Virus record (IMG/VR): IMGVR_UViG_2690316311_000019
Length of the DNA stretch: 64,000 nucleotides
Direction: 5' to 3' (one strand)
Source of the DNA: a virus
Taxonomy: Duplodnaviria; Heunggongvirae; Uroviricota; Caudoviricetes
In this document: one piece after another, positions 30,498-39,757 of the stretch
Numbering within the stretch: position 1 is the stretch's first letter
Layout: each line of letters opens with the position of its first letter
Made by a program: the position numbers and the translations under genes
Notes under the pieces: generated by a model
What the model saw: only the letters and a program-made list of their open reading frames with translations
What the model was told of the DNA's origin: nothing
The model's database searches: none

Positions 30498-30782
30498 CTA
30501 ACTTACCTGAACCAGGCCGTCTCCGGACGCTACGGTAGATCCGCATGAAACAGGGTCACCAACGCATACGATCCCTTTACCATTGACGGTAAACCATGCC
30601 CTGGTTGATATAGCTTGCCCACCGTGCGTACTGTTTCCATCGGTATGCTGTGCATATTGCTTACCATCAACTAACACTTCGACTCCGTTGACTTTAAGTA
30701 GTGGTTCACTCTCTACAGGAGGCCTGGATGGGAATCCTCCGTGCCCCGAACAAATGCTGTCTTTTGTTGCAATGCTTGCCAC
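30498..30782 (-). CDS. PAAR-like domain protein
   Basis: 94-aa ORF with GHGG, HGG and VNGKGIVCVGDPVSCG motifs resembling PAAR spike-tip proteins; GTG start. Confidence 0.45.
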   Translation of the reverse strand: MASIATKDSICSGHGGFPSRPPVESEPLLKVNGVEVLVDGKQYAQHTDGNSTHGGQAISTRAWFTVNGKGIVCVGDPVSCGSTVASGDGLVQVS

Positions 30783-30863
30783 GCCATCACCAATTATTTG
30801 CTCTGATTTTCGTTATTTTAACTTAGGTTATTTGTGGTCTGTATGGCGTTTACTTATCGCAAA

Positions 30864-30880
30864 ATTGCTCTAATAAATAT
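30864..30880 (+). promoter_or_regulatory. C1-type operator-like site upstream of the rdgC-dmt operon
   Basis: ATTGCTCTAATAAATAT. Confidence 0.55.
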
Positions 30881-30951
30881 TGTTTTTTATGTCGTATTTT
30901 CGGTACCATTCAGCCATCGCCCTTCAATGGGCATTTGTTTGGAGTCGTCAG

Positions 30952-31236
30952 ATGCAGATGGAGCTAATAAGCCGCAAAGAGTTCGATAGCCGTGTAACCA
31001 GCGGTGAACTCGACAACTTGCAGGCTATCAAGGTGAAAGAAGGCTTTTGCCTCATTGGGAATCAGAGCGGAATAAATCGCGTTTTTATGCTTCGCCGTAC
31101 GGATTTGAAGCCATTTGTCTGGAAGAACGAAATTGGTCCCAGCTCATACGCTCAAACGAGGGGGTGCCACAACCTGGCCTTTTTCTACAAAGACGAGCTT
31201 TCTGTGGTTGATATTCAAGGGTTACAACATGTTTAA
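30952..31236 (+). CDS. Hypothetical protein
   Basis: ATG at 30952 after GGAG; ORF-track TTG start at 30880 lies inside the operator. Confidence 0.45.
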   Translation: MQMELISRKEFDSRVTSGELDNLQAIKVKEGFCLIGNQSGINRVFMLRRTDLKPFVWKNEIGPSSYAQTRGCHNLAFFYKDELSVVDIQGLQHV

Positions 31237-32134
31237 GCACTGGAAAAACATTACTATTTATAAACTTTCTCGTGAGGCGGATCTGACCGACTTAGAAGAT
31301 AAAAAGAAAATGATCCTTTTCACGCCATGCGGTAGTCAGGATATGGCCAAGTTCGGTTTTGTATCGCCATTTGGTGATAATTCTGAAGTTATCGCTATGC
31401 ATGGAAATGGTTTTATCCTTGTTGAAGCAAAGCGCGAAACAAAAATTCTTCCCCCGCCGGTTATCCAGCGAGCTATTCAAGAAAAAATTGAAAAACTTGA
31501 GCAAGAACAAGCGCGTAAACTGAAGAAAACAGAGAAGGACTCCCTGAAAGACGAAGTTCTGCATTCTCTTCTGCCACGGGCTTTTTCAAAGTTTTCTGTT
31601 ATCCAGGCGATCTACGACGGTTCAACTAAACGTATCTATATCAATGCCAGCGCGCGGCAGGCAGAGGATATGCTCGCGCTTATGCGTAAGTCTCTGGGTT
31701 CTCTTCCTGCTGTTCCCCTGAGTGTTGAAAATCCCATTGAATTAACGCTGACCGACTGGGTACGTGATGGTAGTGCTCCACAGGGATTTCAAATGGGGGA
31801 TGCGGCAGAACTTAAGGCAGTGCTTGAGGATGGCGGTATTGCCCGAGTGAAAAAGCAGGATTTGGGAAGCGATGAAATTTCCACACACCTGGAAGCTGGC
31901 AAGCTCGTCACTAAGTTGGCACTCGACTGGCAGAACCGCATTAAATTTACACTGGACCATAACTTCAGCCTTACCAGCGTCAAATTTGCGGATGAATTGC
32001 TTGAGCAGAACTCTGATATTGATAGTGAAGATGTTGCGCAGCGACTGGACGCAGATTTCTTCCTGTTGACCAGTGAAATTTCGTGCCTGGTTGATGCTCT
32101 GGTAAATGCCCTTGGCGGAGAGGCTAAGCAGTGA
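31229..32134 (+). CDS. rdgC: Recombination-associated protein RdgC homolog
   Basis: Strong similarity to E. coli RdgC along the length ([45 protein letters not shown]); start MFKHW at 31229. Confidence 0.85.
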   Translation: MFKHWKNITIYKLSREADLTDLEDKKKMILFTPCGSQDMAKFGFVSPFGDNSEVIAMHGNGFILVEAKRETKILPPPVIQRAIQEKIEKLEQEQARKLKKTEKDSLKDEVLHSLLPRAFSKFSVIQAIYDGSTKRIYINASARQAEDMLALMRKSLGSLPAVPLSVENPIELTLTDWVRDGSAPQGFQMGDAAELKAVLEDGGIARVKKQDLGSDEISTHLEAGKLVTKLALDWQNRIKFTLDHNFSLTSVKFADELLEQNSDIDSEDVAQRLDADFFLLTSEISCLVDALVNALGGEAKQ

Positions 32135-35100
32135 AAGAGCTGTGCTATGGATCTGTTTGCAGTGGAATTGAAGCCGCGAGTATTGCCTGGGAACCGTTGG
32201 GTATGCGTCCGGCGTGGTTTGCTGAAATCGAGCCTTTTCCATCGGCCGTTCTTGCGCTCCGCTGGCCCCATGTTGCCAACCTTGGCGACATGAAAAAACT
32301 TGCCAAAAAAGTCTTGGCTGGGGAAATCGAATCCCCTGACGTGCTCGTCGGGGGAACACCATGTTTTACCGCGGGGCATATGGTTCTTTGTAAAAATGGC
32401 TATAAACCAATAGAAAATGTTTGCCCTGGTGATTACGTAGTCAGTCATCTCGGGCGGTTACAACAAGTAAAAAGAGTTGGTTCAAAAATAGCTAATACGG
32501 GGTTACTTAATGCCGTTGGGCAGCCTTTAGGTATAAGAACAACCAATGACCATCCCTTCCTGGCTGTTCGGTGGAAAGCCCAAAACACCCGGAAAAATGG
32601 CACATATTTTAAGAGAGAGTTGTTGTCTGAACCGGAATGGCGAGCAGCATGTGATATGCCGGGATATCAATGGTGCGCTCTAACTAATTTCAATATTGCA
32701 TTTCCAGATATTTGTTCTCGGTTCTTGTCTGAAGAACAGGCTATGTATCTTGCGGGCGCTTATGTTGGCGATGGATATATTAGGAGATGGAGAGGTAAAT
32801 CTAAGAAGGCGGTTGTTTTTGGCATAAATTGCCAGAAATTGAGAAAGTTTCATTGCCGCATACCAGAAAACATATTTTCCGTGGCAAGCGAAATCCGAGG
32901 GAGCATCAAAGTAACCTTGAATGATACGTGTTATGCCAATTGGCTTAATGAACATTTTGGCGAGTTAAGCCATGCTAAGCGTATCCCTGCATGGGTGATG
33001 TCGCATCCATTGCGTCATGTGTTTTTACAAGGCTATCTTGATACTGATGGGACACCAAGTGGTAAAGCGGGATTTAGAATTAATAGTGTTAGTTCTGCGC
33101 TTGCTTGGGGCGTTGCGGGGTTGTCACAGACTTGTGGTTATGTTTCTTCGGTCAGCTTTATTGAAGTTGAGCCCAAAAAAGTGATCGAGGATCGCGTGGT
33201 AAATCAACGGAATTATTATCAGGTAACAATCTGCCCGCAGAAATTGTCACGTAAATCAAGATTGGCTCATGGAATGCTTTTACGAACAGTCAAAGAGTTT
33301 AAATCGGTAGGCCTAGATACTGTATACAACATAGAAGTCGAAGGTGATCATTCCTATATCCTCAATGGTGCGGTGGTCCATAACTGTCAGGCATTCAGTA
33401 TCGCGGGATTACGTGGTGGGCTTGATGATGAGCGTGGCGCGCTAACTTTAAAGTATGTGGAGTTTGCAAATGCAATTGACGACAAACGGGCTGAGTCATT
33501 TCTCAAACCAGCCGTTATCGTCTGGGAAAATGTCCCAGGAGTCTTGTCATCGGCAGATAACGCCTTCGGATGTTTCCTTGCCGGATTGGCTGGAGAAGAT
33601 GTGCCATTTGAACCAGGTGATCGACCTGAATCAGGAAAAAGCAACGCGTTCTGGCGGTGGGATGGCAAAACCGGTTGCCATGTTCCAAAGTGGCCGCAGT
33701 GTGGTTGTATTTATGGACCGCAGCGAAAAGTGGCCTGGAGAATCCTTGATGCCCAATACTTCGGAGTGGCACAACGACGCCGACGCGTGTTTGTTGTCGC
33801 AAGTGCTCGAACAGATCTCGATCCCGCAACGGTACTTTTTGAGTTCGAAGGCGTGCGCCGGAATATTGCGCCGAGCAGAGGCGAGGGGAAGGAAACTACC
33901 AGATATACTTCAAACATCGCTATCAGAACTTGCGATGATACAAACATAATTGCCATGGCACATGGGCAAGGAGGGGCTGAGATAAAAACCGATAATTCGG
34001 CACCAACTTTGACATGTAACCATGAAGCACCAATTGTATTGCTCGGCGACGGTAGAATGCGCCGTCTTACCCCTGTCGAATGTGAAAGGCTGCAAGGTTT
34101 TCCTGATTGGCATACGTTGATCCCTACGGAAAAGCGTAAAAAAGTTAATTCAGATGAACTGGCATATCTGCACAATCACTATCCAGATTTAAGCGAAGAA
34201 GAGGCCGCAATGCTTGCAGCTGACGGACCGCGTTACAAAGCGATCGGCAATAGTATGGCAATACCAGTAATGCGCTGGATTGGCGATCGGATTACTAAGG
34301 CCGTATGTCGGCAGAAAGAAGGAAGTGAAACAAAAGAGCGAAAAGTTAAACCAGCGGCAGAATTCGAACGGTCCATATTCAAATGGGCTGGTGGAAAATT
34401 TGGTGTTCTGGAACAAATCTTTCGCTATTTGCCAGAAGGGAAGCGCCTGATTGAACCTTTCGTTGGTGGCGGAGCTGTCTTCATGAATGCCGGATACCAG
34501 GAAAATCTGCTAAATGATGTGAATGCTGACCTGATTAACTTTTACAAGACTCTGCAACGCGAGGCGCATTCACTTATCACTCTGGCACATCGTTTCTTCC
34601 AGGACTACAACACACAGGAAGGATACCTGGCAGTACGGAATGCGTTTAACAAACAAGTCTATGATGATTTACATCGCGCAGCGGCGTTTTTGTTCCTGAA
34701 CCGACATTGTTTTAACGGATTGACGCGTTACAACCAGGCCGGTGAGTTCAATGTCGGTTATGGGAAGTATAAAACTCCGTATTTCCCATTACAGGAGATG
34801 GAAGCCTTCCTCGGTGCGGAAGGGCGGTCTGAGTTTGTATGCGGTGATTTTGCAGCGGTGATTGAAGCTGCCGGAGAAGGAGATGTCATCTTTTGCGATC
34901 CGCCGTATGAACCGCTTCCAAATACAGAGGGATTCACGAACTATTCCGGTCATGACTTTAAGTTTGAAGAGCAAAAACGCCTGGTGTCTCTGTTGACGGA
35001 TGCTCATCGTCGAGGTGCAAAGGTTCTCATTACTAACAGTGGCGCGCCAAACATCAGAGAGCTTTATCATGACAGTGGCTTCAGAGTGGAACCTCTTTTT

Positions 35101-35172
35101 GCCAGACGTTCTGTGTCTTGTAAGGGGGACACTCGAGGTGTAGCTCATGACGTTTTGGGTATATTGCTCTAA
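32131..35172 (+). CDS. dmt: Bifunctional DNA methyltransferase (C5-cytosine domain interrupted by an intein, then Dam-like N6-adenine domain)
   Basis: GTG start coupled to the rdgC stop; C5-MTase motifs (GGTP / CQAFS split by insert, [26 protein letters not shown]) then Dam motifs (KWAGGK, DPPY). Confidence 0.85.
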   Translation: MKELCYGSVCSGIEAASIAWEPLGMRPAWFAEIEPFPSAVLALRWPHVANLGDMKKLAKKVLAGEIESPDVLVGGTPCFTAGHMVLCKNGYKPIENVCPGDYVVSHLGRLQQVKRVGSKIANTGLLNAVGQPLGIRTTNDHPFLAVRWKAQNTRKNGTYFKRELLSEPEWRAACDMPGYQWCALTNFNIAFPDICSRFLSEEQAMYLAGAYVGDGYIRRWRGKSKKAVVFGINCQKLRKFHCRIPENIFSVASEIRGSIKVTLNDTCYANWLNEHFGELSHAKRIPAWVMSHPLRHVFLQGYLDTDGTPSGKAGFRINSVSSALAWGVAGLSQTCGYVSSVSFIEVEPKKVIEDRVVNQRNYYQVTICPQKLSRKSRLAHGMLLRTVKEFKSVGLDTVYNIEVEGDHSYILNGAVVHNCQAFSIAGLRGGLDDERGALTLKYVEFANAIDDKRAESFLKPAVIVWENVPGVLSSADNAFGCFLAGLAGEDVPFEPGDRPESGKSNAFWRWDGKTGCHVPKWPQCGCIYGPQRKVAWRILDAQYFGVAQRRRRVFVVASARTDLDPATVLFEFEGVRRNIAPSRGEGKETTRYTSNIAIRTCDDTNIIAMAHGQGGAEIKTDNSAPTLTCNHEAPIVLLGDGRMRRLTPVECERLQGFPDWHTLIPTEKRKKVNSDELAYLHNHYPDLSEEEAAMLAADGPRYKAIGNSMAIPVMRWIGDRITKAVCRQKEGSETKERKVKPAAEFERSIFKWAGGKFGVLEQIFRYLPEGKRLIEPFVGGGAVFMNAGYQENLLNDVNADLINFYKTLQREAHSLITLAHRFFQDYNTQEGYLAVRNAFNKQVYDDLHRAAAFLFLNRHCFNGLTRYNQAGEFNVGYGKYKTPYFPLQEMEAFLGAEGRSEFVCGDFAAVIEAAGEGDVIFCDPPYEPLPNTEGFTNYSGHDFKFEEQKRLVSLLTDAHRRGAKVLITNSGAPNIRELYHDSGFRVEPLFARRSVSCKGDTRGVAHDVLGILL
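32362..33384 (+). other. Intein with LAGLIDADG homing endonuclease domain inserted in C5-MTase motif IV
   Basis: 341-aa insert: starts CFTAGHMV, block B TTNDHPFL, two LAGLIDADG-like motifs ([19 protein letters not shown]), terminal [21 protein letters not shown] followed by +1 Cys; removal restores GGTPCQAFS. Confidence 0.85.
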
Positions 35173-35189
35173 TAAATTTATTAGTGTAA
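35163..35189 (+). promoter_or_regulatory. Overlapping pair of C1-type operator-like sites ahead of the tRNA/helicase operon
   Basis: Perfect ATTGCTCTAATAAATTT at 35163-35179 overlapping an inverted AAATTTATTAGTGTAAT; overlaps the dmt stop codon. Confidence 0.6.
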
Positions 35190-35353
35190 TATCACCTCAA
35201 TGAATCGTGATTTATAGAGCGATTTAGCTGTTAGCCGCGACAGGCGCGGCGGTAAGCATGGCTGGGCCTAGTCCTCCCAGACAAACCACCGAGTTGCCAG
35301 GTTGACCATGCGCCTAAGTGGCAACGCCGAAGTGCGTTACGAGCGTCCAGTTT

Positions 35354-35380
35354 GCCCATCTTCGGGTGGGCGTTTTTTTC
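35354..35380 (+). terminator. Rho-independent terminator/attenuator in the leader
   Basis: GCCCATC-TTCG-GGTGGGC hairpin followed by GTTTTTTTC. Confidence 0.5.
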
Positions 35381-35844
35381 AGGGTTTTCGTCATGGTTAG
35401 CGACTTTGCGGCGGTTTAGAAACTGACCATTAAAGTAAATGCAAACGATGATCTGATGATGGTAGCGGCCTAAGAAGCCAGATGCCATGGGGTATGAGTC
35501 GTCCCCCGTCAAAAAATCGACCGCAGAGTGTCCCCGTCTGTGTATTAGGGAACGGGGAGGCACAACAGGTAAGGGCGCTGGTGTGATTAACCAGATGAAC
35601 GAGAAGGGGCCATCTGTTGGTCAGCGTCCTTTCCTGTTGCGTTTTCTTTTCAGCGTAACAGCGGTGCTTAACAGCACTTTGGGTACAGTTCCACGAATTT
35701 ACGGGTATATCCCGTCATGCTGAAGGCGCTAATCACGCTGGAAGCCAGGGTTATGCATCCCCTGTTACCGAATTGCAGCCAGGGCGCGGTGCGCCGAAAA
35801 GCATACGGAGGTGGAAGCCCTCGCCGGAGACGTACCCGGCAAGT

Positions 35845-35919
35845 GATGGTGTAGCTCAGCGGTAGAGCAGTTGGCTGTTAACCAACTGGTCGGTAGTTCG
35901 AATCCACCCACCATCGCCA
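35845..35919 (+). tRNA. tRNA-Asn (GTT)
   Basis: Acceptor GATGGTG/CACCATC, D-arm GCTC/GAGC, anticodon loop CTGTTAA, T-loop TTCGAAT, encoded CCA. Confidence 0.8.
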
Positions 35920-35924
35920 CTTTA

Positions 35925-36011
35925 GGGGAGTTAGTCCGTAGGGGTAGCGGGGTAGACTGTAAATCTACTGTCATTGCGACTCGGGTGGTTCGACTCCATC
36001 ACTCCCCACCA
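35925..36011 (+). tRNA. tRNA-like element with Tyr (GTA) anticodon loop and long variable arm; non-canonical D-arm region
   Basis: Acceptor GGGGAGT/ACTCCCC, anticodon arm GTAGA-CTGTAAA-TCTAC, T-arm GGTGG-TTCGACT-CCATC, CCA; four nt instead of two between acceptor and D-stem. Confidence 0.35.
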
Positions 36012-36015
36012 CATT

Positions 36016-36091
36016 GCCGATTTAGCTCAGTTGGTAGAGCAGTCGCTTTGTAAGCGAATGGTCAGCGGTTCGATCCCGTTAATCGGCACCA
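36016..36091 (+). tRNA. tRNA-Thr (TGT)
   Basis: Acceptor GCCGATT/AATCGGC, D-arm GCTC/GAGC, anticodon loop TTTGTAA, T-loop TTCGATC, CCA. Confidence 0.8.
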
Positions 36092-36096
36092 ACATA

Positions 36097-36170
36097 ACAG
36101 GTAAGAGCATTCTCCCTTATGGGGCCTGGCTTAAATGCATCGAGTGCTCTTACCGTTGTGATGAAGTGCA
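36097..36170 (+). repeat. Structured repeat element A (long hairpin plus conserved 3' tail)
   Basis: GGTAAGAGCA...TGCTCTTACC stem followed by GTTGTGATGAAGTGC. Confidence 0.5.
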
Positions 36171-36460
36171 GATCTTAGAAGCAACCAGAAGATAAGCATC
36201 TGGCTTCACAACATAAACCGCAGGAACGACCAATAAACGGTAGTCCGTATGGAGAACACCCCGTTGAGGAAGAGGCCTGGCCGGAACCGTAACCGGCGAC
36301 TGGTAATGTGTGTAAATGGAGCGAAATATGTGGGCGTTTAACGGGATACGGGTTGTAACAGCGATTATTAACGGCGAACTTAAGTATTCACGTTTCGAGA
36401 CAAATGAACGTGATGGGAAATGTATTGGTGTGCGGTTAGTAAGAGAATACGCATAACAAC

Positions 36461-36563
36461 TACAACGTTGAGAACACTGGCGTAACGGGGTCATATCCCA
36501 ATCTACGAATAAATGTTGCGTTGCCGCGTGACAACCAGTGTTCTCAACATTGTGGTGAATGCA
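36461..36563 (+). repeat. Structured repeat element B
   Basis: 14-bp stem GTTGAGAACACTGG/CCAGTGTTCTCAAC enclosing inner hairpin CGTA-ACGGGGTCATATCCCAATC-TACG, followed by ATTGTGGTGAATGC. Confidence 0.5.
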
Positions 36564-36737
36564 CAGGCTGATGTGCCGCAACTACAGTAGTGCGCGCTTT
36601 GCGGGGCTTGCTACAACCCTGTGTCGGAGTTCAGCACCGACCATCACAGTTTGATTCTCTGGCATGAGCATAACGCTGAAATAAGTCCAGTCTGGTGCGG
36701 TCTGATCACCCGCCGTTAGCTCCACGAAACGGAGCAC

Positions 36738-36825
36738 GTAACAGGTAAGAGCATTCTCCTGTAACGGGTTCATATCCCAATCTACAGGTCCACCAAGAAT
36801 GCTCTTTCCGTTGCGGTGAATGCGG
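36738..36825 (+). repeat. Structured repeat element C
   Basis: Outer stem GGTAAGAGCATTCT/AGAATGCTCTTTCC (as element A), inner hairpin CCTGTA-ACGGGTTCATATCCCAATC-TACAGG (as element B), followed by GTTGCGGTGAATGC. Confidence 0.5.
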
Positions 36826-36964
36826 CTAAGCGCACGCGGGGAAATGGTTATATCTGTCCATTATTTCTCCTTGTTTCCACGTCCACGGTGGATAACCAGC
36901 CAAAGGACACCGGGAGGAACCCGGCACCGCAGCTTTTTTATTCGTTAAATAATGGAGTGAGAGG

Positions 36965-37201
36965 ATGCAGAACAATCCGAACAAATGTCGAACGCTATGG
37001 GTGCGGTTATATATTTATGCCGTCCTCTGTTTGATTGTGTCACTGGTTCTGTATGTTTGGCTTTTGCCAAATATGATCTCATCTAACAGCACAATACTTG
37101 TATTGTTGGGAGTCCTTCTCGCGCTCATTTACCCGGCTTTCGCAGTAGTCTTTTTTCGTGAAAAAACCAGGAAATTAATTAATGAAAAAAACGTTGATTA
37201 G
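36965..37201 (+). CDS. Small two-TM membrane protein upstream of the SPFH gene
   Basis: 78-aa hydrophobic ORF overlapping the start of the SPFH lipoprotein gene. Confidence 0.45.
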   Translation: MQNNPNKCRTLWVRLYIYAVLCLIVSLVLYVWLLPNMISSNSTILVLLGVLLALIYPAFAVVFFREKTRKLINEKNVD

Positions 37202-38009
37202 TGCAGCGATTATTTTGGGTTCTTTATGTCTGACCGGATGCGATCGGGTAGAGCCAGGTAACGTAGGGATCAAAGTAAATAAGCTGGGGGATGATAAAGG
37301 TATCGGTGAAGTAGTTGGCGTTGGTCGCTACTGGACAGGCTTGAATACTGAAGTTTATATCTTCCCGACCTTTAAGCAAATGAAGACATACGATGAGCCG
37401 TTCAGCTTCCAGATGAGCGACGGAACAACCATTGGTTACCACATCGGCGTAGCCTACAAGGTTGATCCAGCAAAAGTCACAACGGTATTTCAGACCTATC
37501 GCAAAGGTGTAGATGATATTACTGATACCGATCTACGCCAGAAGGTTGCAGATGCTCTGAACCGATTAGCCAGCAAAATGACCACCGACAAATTTATCGA
37601 CGGTGGCAAATCTGAATTGCTTGATGCAGCCCTTAAAGACATTCAGGAAGAAATGACGCCAATCGGCATTCAGGTGATGAGCCTCTCTTATGTAGGTAAG
37701 CCAGAATACCCGCCAACAGTTATTGACAGTATTAACGCCAAAGTCACGGCAAACCAAAAAACCCTGCAACGCGAGCAAGAGGTCAAACAACGTGAAGCAG
37801 AGGCCAACATGCTGCGCGCGGAAGCTGCCGGACAGGCTGATGCTATTCGCACAAAAGCCCAGGCCGAAGCTGATGCCATTCGTTTACGTGGTGAAGCTCT
37901 GCGCCAGAACCCCGGTGTTATGGACTTGGAAGCGATCAACAAATGGAACGGTACATTACCGCAGTATATGACCAGTAATACCGCTGTTCCGTTTGTTCCG
38001 GTGAAATAA
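37182..38009 (+). CDS. SPFH/band-7 (HflC/stomatin-like) lipoprotein
   Basis: Lipobox LCLTGC at the N-terminus; SPFH-like core and Ala/Glu/Gln-rich coiled-coil C-terminus. Confidence 0.7.
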   Translation: MKKTLISAAIILGSLCLTGCDRVEPGNVGIKVNKLGDDKGIGEVVGVGRYWTGLNTEVYIFPTFKQMKTYDEPFSFQMSDGTTIGYHIGVAYKVDPAKVTTVFQTYRKGVDDITDTDLRQKVADALNRLASKMTTDKFIDGGKSELLDAALKDIQEEMTPIGIQVMSLSYVGKPEYPPTVIDSINAKVTANQKTLQREQEVKQREAEANMLRAEAAGQADAIRTKAQAEADAIRLRGEALRQNPGVMDLEAINKWNGTLPQYMTSNTAVPFVPVK

Positions 38010-38036
38010 AAGCGTAAGCAAAATTGGCAGTAATCC

Positions 38037-38112
38037 GGCCCTTTAGCTCAGTGGTTAGAGCTGGCGACTCATAATCGCACGGTCACCGGTTCAAGTCCGG
38101 TAGGGGCCACCA
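38037..38112 (+). tRNA. tRNA with CAT anticodon, most similar to the lysidine-type tRNA-Ile2 (ileX-like)
   Basis: Resembles the remembered E. coli ileX sequence (GGCCC..TTAGCTCAGTGGTTAGAGC..GGCGACTCATAATCGC...GGTTCAAGTCC...GGGGCCACCA); acceptor GGCCCTT/AGGGGCC. Confidence 0.75.
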
Positions 38113-38392
38113 TATTTGGTTGTAACACGGCGTCTGGCACATGCGTCGTTAGCGGTCTGGTGACGTTAAAGGGGTAACCTTTCCCCTAGCTCAGGCAACA
38201 AACCAGGTAGCCGGAATGTGCAAGCCCCGTTCATAGCGTCGGACTGCGGATTCACCATCCTGGCGATTCGGTGTGACAACCGGGAAGAGTCCGGCGCATT
38301 AATCCTGATTTTCTGGTGATGACTCATATCGTTAGGAGTGATTTGAGTATGCCGATTATATCTGACATTCAGCACGCCTGGGTGGAGTGCTA

Positions 38393-39757
38393 ATGTCTGC
38401 ATCCCCTCTTGAATCCATGCCAAATTCCCTTAGTGCAGAACAAGCTGTACTTGGTGGCTTAATGCTTGATAACTGCCGCTGGGATGAAGTTGCAGATCGT
38501 ATAGTTGCTGATGATTTTTATACCAGTGCTCATCGTGAAATTTTCAGTGAGATGGAGAGGTTATTAAGTCATGGCAAACCGATTGATTTGATAACACTTG
38601 CTGAAGCACTTGAACAGAACGGTAAATTAGAACGCGCCGGTGGTTTTGCGTACCTTGCGGAGATGTCAAAGAACACGCCCAGCGCGGCAAATATTTGTGC
38701 TTATGCGGATATCGTTCGTGAACGCGCGGTTGTTCGTGAAATGATTTCCGTCGCAAATGAAATAGCTGAAGCTGGATATGCGCAGGATGGCAGGGGCAGC
38801 AATGAATTGCTGGATATGGCCGAGCGCCGCGTTTTTGAAATAGCTGAAAAACGACAAAAGAGCGGTAGTGGTCCAAAAGATATCGCCAGCATTCTCGATG
38901 CAACGGTATCTCGCATAGAAGAGTTGTTTCAGCGACCGCATGATGGTGTAACGGGGCTTGATACCGGATTTACCGATCTCAATAAGAAGACGGCAGGACT
39001 TCAGGCGTCCGATCTCATTATTGTCGCCGCCCGCCCATCGATGGGGAAGACTACGTTTGCGATGAATCTCGTCGAAAATGCCGCAGTCCGTAACGATAAG
39101 CCCGTATTGGTTTTTAGCCTTGAGATGCCGAGCCACCAACTGATGATGCGCTCACTGGCTTCTCTTGCACGCGTTGATCAGACTCGTATTCGAACAGGGC
39201 AACTTAACGACGAGGATTGGGCGCGGGTTTCTGGCGCAATGGGGATTCTGTTGGACAAGCAGAATATTTTTATTGATGACTCAAGCGCCCTGACACCTAC
39301 AGAGCTTCGTTCCCGCGCTCGTCGTGTTTATAAAGAAAATGGTGGTTTGAGCATGATTATGATCGACTACCTGCAACTTATGCGCGTCCCCGAGCTGCAA
39401 GATAACCGAACGCTGGAAATTGCCGAGATTTCTCGCTCACTGAAGGCTTTGGCGAAGGAATTACAAGTACCGGTGGTGGCATTGTCACAACTTAATCGAT
39501 CGCTTGAACAGCGTGCGGACAAACGACCGGTAAATTCAGATTTACGTGAATCAGGAGCAATTGAGCAGGACGCAGACCTGATCATGTTTCTGTATCGCGA
39601 CGAAGTTTATCACCCGGATAGCGAAATGAAGGGCATTGCCGAGGTAATTATCGGAAAGCAACGAAATGGCCCAATTGGCACGGTGAGATTGGCTTTTAAC
39701 GGCCAATACTCACGGTTTGATAACTATGCTGGTGCTGACTGGCAAGAGGATTATTAA
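38393..39757 (+). CDS. ban: Replicative DNA helicase, DnaB family
   Basis: DnaB-like N-terminus (AEQAVLGGLMLDN), Walker A ARPSMGKTTFAMNL, RecA-like helicase core; ATG at 38393 with GGAG RBS. Confidence 0.9.
   Translation: MSASPLESMPNSLSAEQAVLGGLMLDNCRWDEVADRIVADDFYTSAHREIFSEMERLLSHGKPIDLITLAEALEQNGKLERAGGFAYLAEMSKNTPSAANICAYADIVRERAVVREMISVANEIAEAGYAQDGRGSNELLDMAERRVFEIAEKRQKSGSGPKDIASILDATVSRIEELFQRPHDGVTGLDTGFTDLNKKTAGLQASDLIIVAARPSMGKTTFAMNLVENAAVRNDKPVLVFSLEMPSHQLMMRSLASLARVDQTRIRTGQLNDEDWARVSGAMGILLDKQNIFIDDSSALTPTELRSRARRVYKENGGLSMIMIDYLQLMRVPELQDNRTLEIAEISRSLKALAKELQVPVVALSQLNRSLEQRADKRPVNSDLRESGAIEQDADLIMFLYRDEVYHPDSEMKGIAEVIIGKQRNGPIGTVRLAFNGQYSRFDNYAGADWQEDY

Noticed and set aside
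30880-30951. ORF-track TTG start at 30880
   Set aside because: That start lies inside the operator/-10 region; an ATG with GGAG RBS at 30952 is more plausible
35231-35563. Minus-strand ORF 35231-35563 (110 aa) as a gene
   Set aside because: It runs antisense through the leader, spanning the intrinsic terminator, with an atypical Arg/His/Gly-rich translation and no RBS
36150-36773. Minus-strand ORFs 36150-36581 and 36582-36773 as protein-coding genes
   Set aside because: Low-complexity Cys/His/Arg-rich translations with no RBS, overlapping the repeated hairpin elements; the region is more plausibly non-coding RNA or leader
36097-36830. Repeated elements as a CRISPR array
   Set aside because: Units are long imperfect hairpins 300-370 bp apart, not short identical direct repeats with uniform spacers; no cas genes present
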